Shown: positions 59,176 to 64,000 of the stretch, piece after piece
Layout: each line of letters begins with the position of its first letter
Position numbering within the stretch: position 1 is the first letter of the stretch
Assembly (NCBI RefSeq): GCF_030028105.1
Contig: NC_092383.1
Span: 87,501,921 to 87,565,920 of the forward strand
Origin: Mobula birostris
Lineage: Eukaryota
DNA: 64,000 nt
Direction of reading: 5' to 3'
The notes under the pieces: model-generated
Told to the model about the DNA's origin: nothing
Seen by the model: only the letters and a program-made list of their open reading frames with translations
The model's database searches: none
Program-made: the position numbers and the translations under genes

Positions 59176-60002
59176 CACTTATGCCTACCCTGAAGAAGTT
59201 TAAATCTTCCCTTCGACGGGAGTTCAGTGAGACCCTCTCTCACTGCTCCTCCTCTGTGATCTAGCCCAGCATCTGCAGAGTGTTTTGTGTTTACGATTCA
59301 CTACTCCACTACGAAGTCTCTTCAGGGTATATGGGGTGTCAGCGAGGGGTAGCACCTCTGGTGGGGGAACATGTCGCGTCCTTTTCAAGGCGGTTAGTCC
59401 ACCTTTGGTCCCCACCTGGCACTCAGCTCTCACCTGTGGCTCCCTGTAGCTGTTTGCATGCGATAGCGGCCACACCCCGGGCAACGGCTTCGACAAGCCG
59501 GCTAAGCCAGGTGAGGGTAGCCGACGGGTCTCAAACCCTCGGTGAAACAGGGAGTTGTCTATCCCAGCATGTGAAGACAGACTCCGGCGGATTGAGCGGA
59601 CGAGACCAATGGAAGGTCCAACGGTCAAGGCGGCGGTCTCTGCAAGCGTCGTGGAACGTGTAGAGCAGGACAAGACACAGAAAACGTCCCGGTCATCCAC
59701 TGCGCCTAGTCCCATCTCCAGCCGTCTTGACTCTGTCTTGCCACTGGATCCAGATGGGAAATGGGAAGAGAGAGTGAGGCTGACGCTGCGCAACTCTCCC
59801 TCACTTAAATCCAAATCACGCGCTAGTCTCGACACCATCATTATGGTGTCGAGGTCCTCGTTGACGTTAACGATGGACGAACAACAACAACAACAATCCT
59901 GAAGAAGGTTAAATCCTCTCTTTGACGGGAGTTCAGTGAGACCCTCTCTCACTGCTCCCCCTCTGCGATCTACCCCAGCATCTGCAGACTATTTTGTGTT
60001 TA
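59176..60002 (+). mobile_element. Composite non-coding retroelement: 105-bp direct repeats flanking an RTE-like core with (CAA)n tail
   Basis: 13-bp TSD ccatctcaaacaa (59163-59175 and 60003-60015); repeats 59189-59293 and 59898-60002 with 9 mismatches; (ACA)n at 59879-59896. Confidence 0.8.
59333..59515 (+). ncRNA. HDV-like self-cleaving ribozyme
   Basis: P1 GGGGTGT/ACACCCC, P2 CTCACCTG/CAGGTGAG, P3 GGC/GCC, L3 TCCCTGTA, P1.1 CC/GG, GCAAC, P4 CGGCTT/AAGCCG, J4/2 GCTAA with the C75 equivalent at 59502. Confidence 0.75.
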
Positions 60003-60829
60003 CCATCTCAAACAAACGGGTCTCCCACCGGAATGTCTCCCACCGGAATGTATACTATGACCAGTTCTCCCCAGCGTCTTCTCTCTTCATCTCCTCTTGA
60101 GCAAAAAAATCCCCAAGCCCGACCTTATTGTCCTTCACCAAGAAAAACCTCCCACTATTTGGATGGCACACATTCCACATCTTCAACAATAAACGAAACA
60201 GGCTGAAAAGCAGAACAGCAGCTCTTACAGAGCTGCTAAATGAAATAACTACAGCATAACAGTAAAGAAGTGAACCAGGGCATAACATATGTAACAATAT
60301 TCTTGAGTAAAATTTTTCTCAGTCTAATCCACCCCTTTTAGTCCATTACTGCTGCTACTCCCCTCTGAGAAGACATCGCATTTCGGTTAAGTAAAACAAA
60401 GTCAGCACTAGATGACATTCCTGCTGAATATTTAAACTCATGAGCTTTAATCACCACTCTAAATTACAATTACATTTTTCACATCTGGGCAAAAGGAAGA
60501 TATAACAGTAGATTTCAGATGCCATATTTGTTATCATCTGCATGAAGGGAGGCAAGTCCAGCTGTGGTAAGAACAAATGAGTCTCCAAGCTCTCCCACAA
60601 TGAATGTCGAGGGAATATATCACCAGTCCTAATCAAGATTCACAGCCTGAAATGTTGTGGGTTTCTTTTCCTCCTTAAATGCTGCCTAATCTGCTAAGTT
60701 CCTCCAGCAATTTGTTTATGTTCCTCATGATTTCCAGCATTTGCAGAATCTTGCATTTGATTTTCTGGATGTCTTAAAATATCTGTCTTAAAATATGCTT
60801 AGCGCACTGCTTTACTCTCTCTAAACCTA

Positions 60830-61560
60830 AGACTGTGTGGCTGGGCATAGCTCAAATACCACCTATAAATTTTCTGGTGTTACAGTCATTGTTGGTGGAG
60901 CTTCAGATGGAGGCGAGAGAGTGTACAGGAGCGAGAAAAACCGGCTAGTGGAGTGGTGTTGCAGCTACGACCTGGCACTCAACATCAGCAAGACAAAAGA
61001 GCTGAATGTGGACTGCAGGAAGGGTAAGATGAAGGAACACATACCAATCCTCATAGAGGGATCAGAATTGGAGCGAGTGAGGAGCTTCAGGTTCCTAGAT
61101 GTCAGGATCTTTGAGAACCTGGCCCGGTCCTGGCACATCGGTGCAACTCTGGAAAAGGCAAGACAGCGTCTGTACTTCATTTGGAGTTTGAAGAGACTTG
61201 GTATGTCAACAAAAACACTCAAAGACTTCTGTGGATATGCCATGGAGAGCATTCTAGTGGGCTACGTCGCTATCTGGTACATGGGGCTACTGCACAGGAC
61301 CGAAGGAAGCTGCAGAGGGTCATAAATTTGGTCGGCTCCATCTTGGGTACTGGCCTACAGGGTGCCCAGGGTGTCTTTGGGGAGTGGTGTCTCAGTGAGG
61401 CAGCATCCATCACTGGGGACTCCCAGGACCTAGGGCATGCCCTTTTCTCGCTGTTGCCATCAGGTAGGAGGTACAGAAGCCTGAAGGCACACACTCAGTG
61501 ATTCAGGAACAGCTGCTTCCCCTTTGCAATCTGATTCCTAAATGGTCATTGAACACTACC
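60830..61560 (+). mobile_element. Rex/Babar LINE 3' portion
   Basis: [40 protein letters not shown]. Confidence 0.82.
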
Positions 61561-61569
61561 TCAGTTTAC

Positions 61570-62350
61570 TGCCCATACCTTGCACATTCTTGTCCAAGTT
61601 GTTGATTTAGATGACAAACAACAATGGTCTCAGCCCTGACTACTTGTCTGAAGACGCTGGTGTGACTGTTAACCCTCTGCTCTTAATTAGCAATCTAATT
61701 GTTTATTCAGTTAGTCAGCAGTCCCTGGAGTCCATGTGATCTAACCTTCTAGAACACCCTTTGCAGAACTTTATCAAATGTCTTACATACATTTAAGTAC
61801 ATCTACCATCTTGTCCTCATCAACTTCTTTAGTCACATCATCAAAAAACCTCATTAAAGTTCATAGGACACAAGATTCCATGTTCAAAACAATGCTGTCT
61901 GCTTCAAACCACTCTCAGTCTTTATACATGCAAGTATATATTCTTCCTCAGAATCCTCTCCAGCAATTCACCTACCACAGATTTTGGGCTTACTGGTCAA
62001 TGGTGCCCAGGTTTTCCTTTGCAACTCTTCTTCAATAAAGACCCAGCAGCTTTCCAGCATCTCAGCTACGTTAATGATAATGAAAATAACTTATCCATGG
62101 CTTCCACAAATTCTTCTCTAGTGTTCTGGGATGTACTTCATCAGGCCCTGTACTTCAGTATCAGATTTATTATCATCAGCATGAGTCGTGAAATTTGTTA
62201 ATTTAGCAGCAGCAGTTTAATGCAATACACGAGAAAAAAAATAAAAATTATAATATTAAATAAGTAAATCAATTACAGTAGACGTATAATGAGTAGAATA
62301 AAAAATCATTGAAAAACAGAAATAATATATATAAATAAAACTGAGGTAAA
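61570..62350 (-). mobile_element. Decayed CR1 RT fragment followed by a Rex/Babar tail
   Basis: Antisense NEVFDDVT-EVD remnants; atcagatttattatca is an antisense Rex tail at about 62160. Confidence 0.55.
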
Positions 62351-62351
62351 A

Positions 62352-63545
62352 GACAGCAATTGGTTGAAAGTTTGAAGGGACCAGCTGTTGACATAGTGAG
62401 ATCCGTACAGACACAAAACCCCTTTGCTATCTCTGCGGCTGACATGCAAGTACTAGAAAAGGTGCTTGGTGCAACAGAAAGCCTATTGGAGCTTATGACG
62501 GGGTTTCAGAACATGTTTCAGGAGGAAGGGGAGAAGCTTTCTGCCTACGTTTTCTGGCTAGAGAGGCAGCTAAATTGATTGCAGTGTAGAGGGACCATTC
62601 AAACAGTTGAGACAAATCAGTTACGAATGGACCAAGTCGCGAAAGGCGCCCATTCACCAGACCTGTTCACTTGGAGTCTCATAAGACATGCCCCCCTCCC
62701 TTGTTTGTCAAGCTGATCAGAGAAGTGAAAGAGGAGGAGGGTGCGATGGAGGCACTGGAAGCCTCCTCGGTAGTGGTCTCCTCGGCTGAGGTGATCACTG
62801 AGTGAGAACGATGGGAAACCCCTCGGAGATTGAGCCCTCAGGTGCCTAAGTGGAGAGACCCAGTGAGAGAATGGCCTGGCATCTTGGGGGGAACACACTC
62901 CAAGTAATATATGAAGGAACACCCTTAAGGAATAAAACCCTATACCTGAAGGCTTAATGGAGCCAAGCTCCAGTGTATCATTACAGATTGAGGATATTTA
63001 TGCTAGAGCCATACTTGACACTGGCTCTCAGGTTACTCTGCTGTACCGTTTATTTTACAGCCGGTATTTGATGCATTTACCATTGACACCACTCAGTGTG
63101 CTGGAGATCTGGGATCTTAGTACGAATGCCTATCCGTGAAATAGTTACTTGTCAATGAAGCTGGAGTTTTTGGAGGCAGATGTGGGAGTAGCTGAGGCCC
63201 TTGATAATTTAGTGCTGGTTTGTCCGGACACAGTCGAGAGGGATGAAGCTTGAATTCTCGTGGGGACGAATACTGCTATTGTGAGGAGGCTTGTGGGAGC
63301 CTGCAAGGAGCAAGTTGGAGAGAGCTTTCTGAAAACATTGTCCATTCACTCTGGGTTCCAAGCTGCTTTTGAGGAAGTGCGAGGCCGCACTGGGCTGAAC
63401 AATGCGCATAAAAGAGGGACGGTGTGGTTCACCCAGTCAAAACCAGTCAGGTTACGGCCTGAGGAAGTAGCGAGAGTGATGGGAAACCCCAAATTTCCAG
63501 GAAAGCCTGAGGCCAAGGCCCTCTTGATGAATGCTTCGGAACATT
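62352..63545 (+). pseudogene. Gypsy LTR-retrotransposon internal fragment: PNMA-like Gag capsid plus aspartic protease, disrupted
   Basis: ESLKGPAVDIVR...FQ...QEEGEKLSAY..LE..L; PPLFVKLIREVKEEE; AILDTGSQVTL; LVGTN; several stops and frameshifts. Confidence 0.85.
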
Positions 63546-63679
63546 ATCAAGATATCTGGACTTTAACAGCATCAAGTTATTAGATGCATATAACACCACC
63601 AAGGTTGCACCTGTCACTAAAAGACAATCGTACTTGGAAAACAAAATCCCAAGAGACAAAGTACAAAATGCCTGTGGTC

Positions 63680-64000
63680 ATTCAGCTCATTACATTTTAT
63701 CATAGCTGATTTATTATCCCTCTCAACCCCATTCCCCTGCCTTCTTCCTGTAACCTTTGATACCCTTAATAACCAAGAGCCTATCAACCTCTGTTTTAAA
63801 TATACCCAATGACTTGGCCTCCAGAGCCACCTACGGCAATGAATTTCACAGATTCGCCACACTCTTGCTTCTGTCCTGAGGCTGTGCTCTCTGGTCCTAG
63901 CCACCCCACTATAGGAAACATCCTCCCCTTGACCACTCTATCTAGGCCGTTCAATATTTGATAAGTTTCAATGAGATCCTCCCTCCCCCCACCATTCTTC
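63680..64000 (-). mobile_element. CR1 3' fragment
   Basis: Antisense RVANLWNS-P and 3'UTR gagctgaatgaccac. Confidence 0.72.

Larger units (their letters stand above)
58792..60287 (-). mobile_element. Gypsy-like solo LTR carrying an 827-bp insertion
   Basis: TGTGAAACACCCTGG...CCAGGGCATAACA termini, flanks tata/tatg; collinear with 575-1216 apart from 59176-60002. Confidence 0.8.

Noticed and set aside
59186-59330. Hammerhead formed by CTGAAGA in the 105-bp repeats or the opposing inverted repeat
   Set aside because: No correctly placed GAAA/NUH, and the 11-bp inverted repeat would sequester the core.
59224-59952. Overlapping 115-242 aa ORFs in the composite element
   Set aside because: No recognisable domain; consistent with chance ORFs in GC-rich, stop-poor structured RNA sequence.
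62352-63545. Domesticated PNMA-family host gene
   Set aside because: Multiple in-frame stops and frameshifts, an attached protease, and truncation by other TEs.
45262-64000. A third receptor paralogue downstream of gene B
   Set aside because: I found no leader, V, C2, TM or ITIM exon homologues on either strand; the region is almost all TE.

Overview
Eukaryotic genomic DNA. The repeat landscape (CR1 LINEs with (TTCTATG)n tails, V-SINEs, Rex/Babar, Penelope-like remnants, Tc1, Gypsy solo LTRs) suggests a cartilaginous fish, probably a ray; this is inference. The host content is two tandem + strand paralogous Ig-superfamily receptor genes, which I rebuilt from splice sites and intron phases. 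Gene A is 5'-partial, with stalk, TM and two cytoplasmic exons at 1706-10582. Gene B is complete: 7 exons at 20776-45261, 1200 nt, 399 aa. Its layout is leader, CD300/pIgR-type V domain, FcR-like C2 domain, Cys-containing stalk, uncharged TM, and a tail with four Tyr motifs (ITIM, ITSM, YxN). This best fits the MDIR-like (modular domain immune-type receptor) family of skates and rays. Most of the rest is nested transposons. The main non-coding highlights are a well-formed HDV-like ribozyme (59333-59515) inside a composite direct-repeat retroelement, several decayed Penelope-type hammerhead ribozymes, and an internally deleted HERO-like (RLE-type) retrotransposon just behind gene B. No tools were run; TE family names come from motif recognition and TE boundaries are approximate unless a TSD is given.
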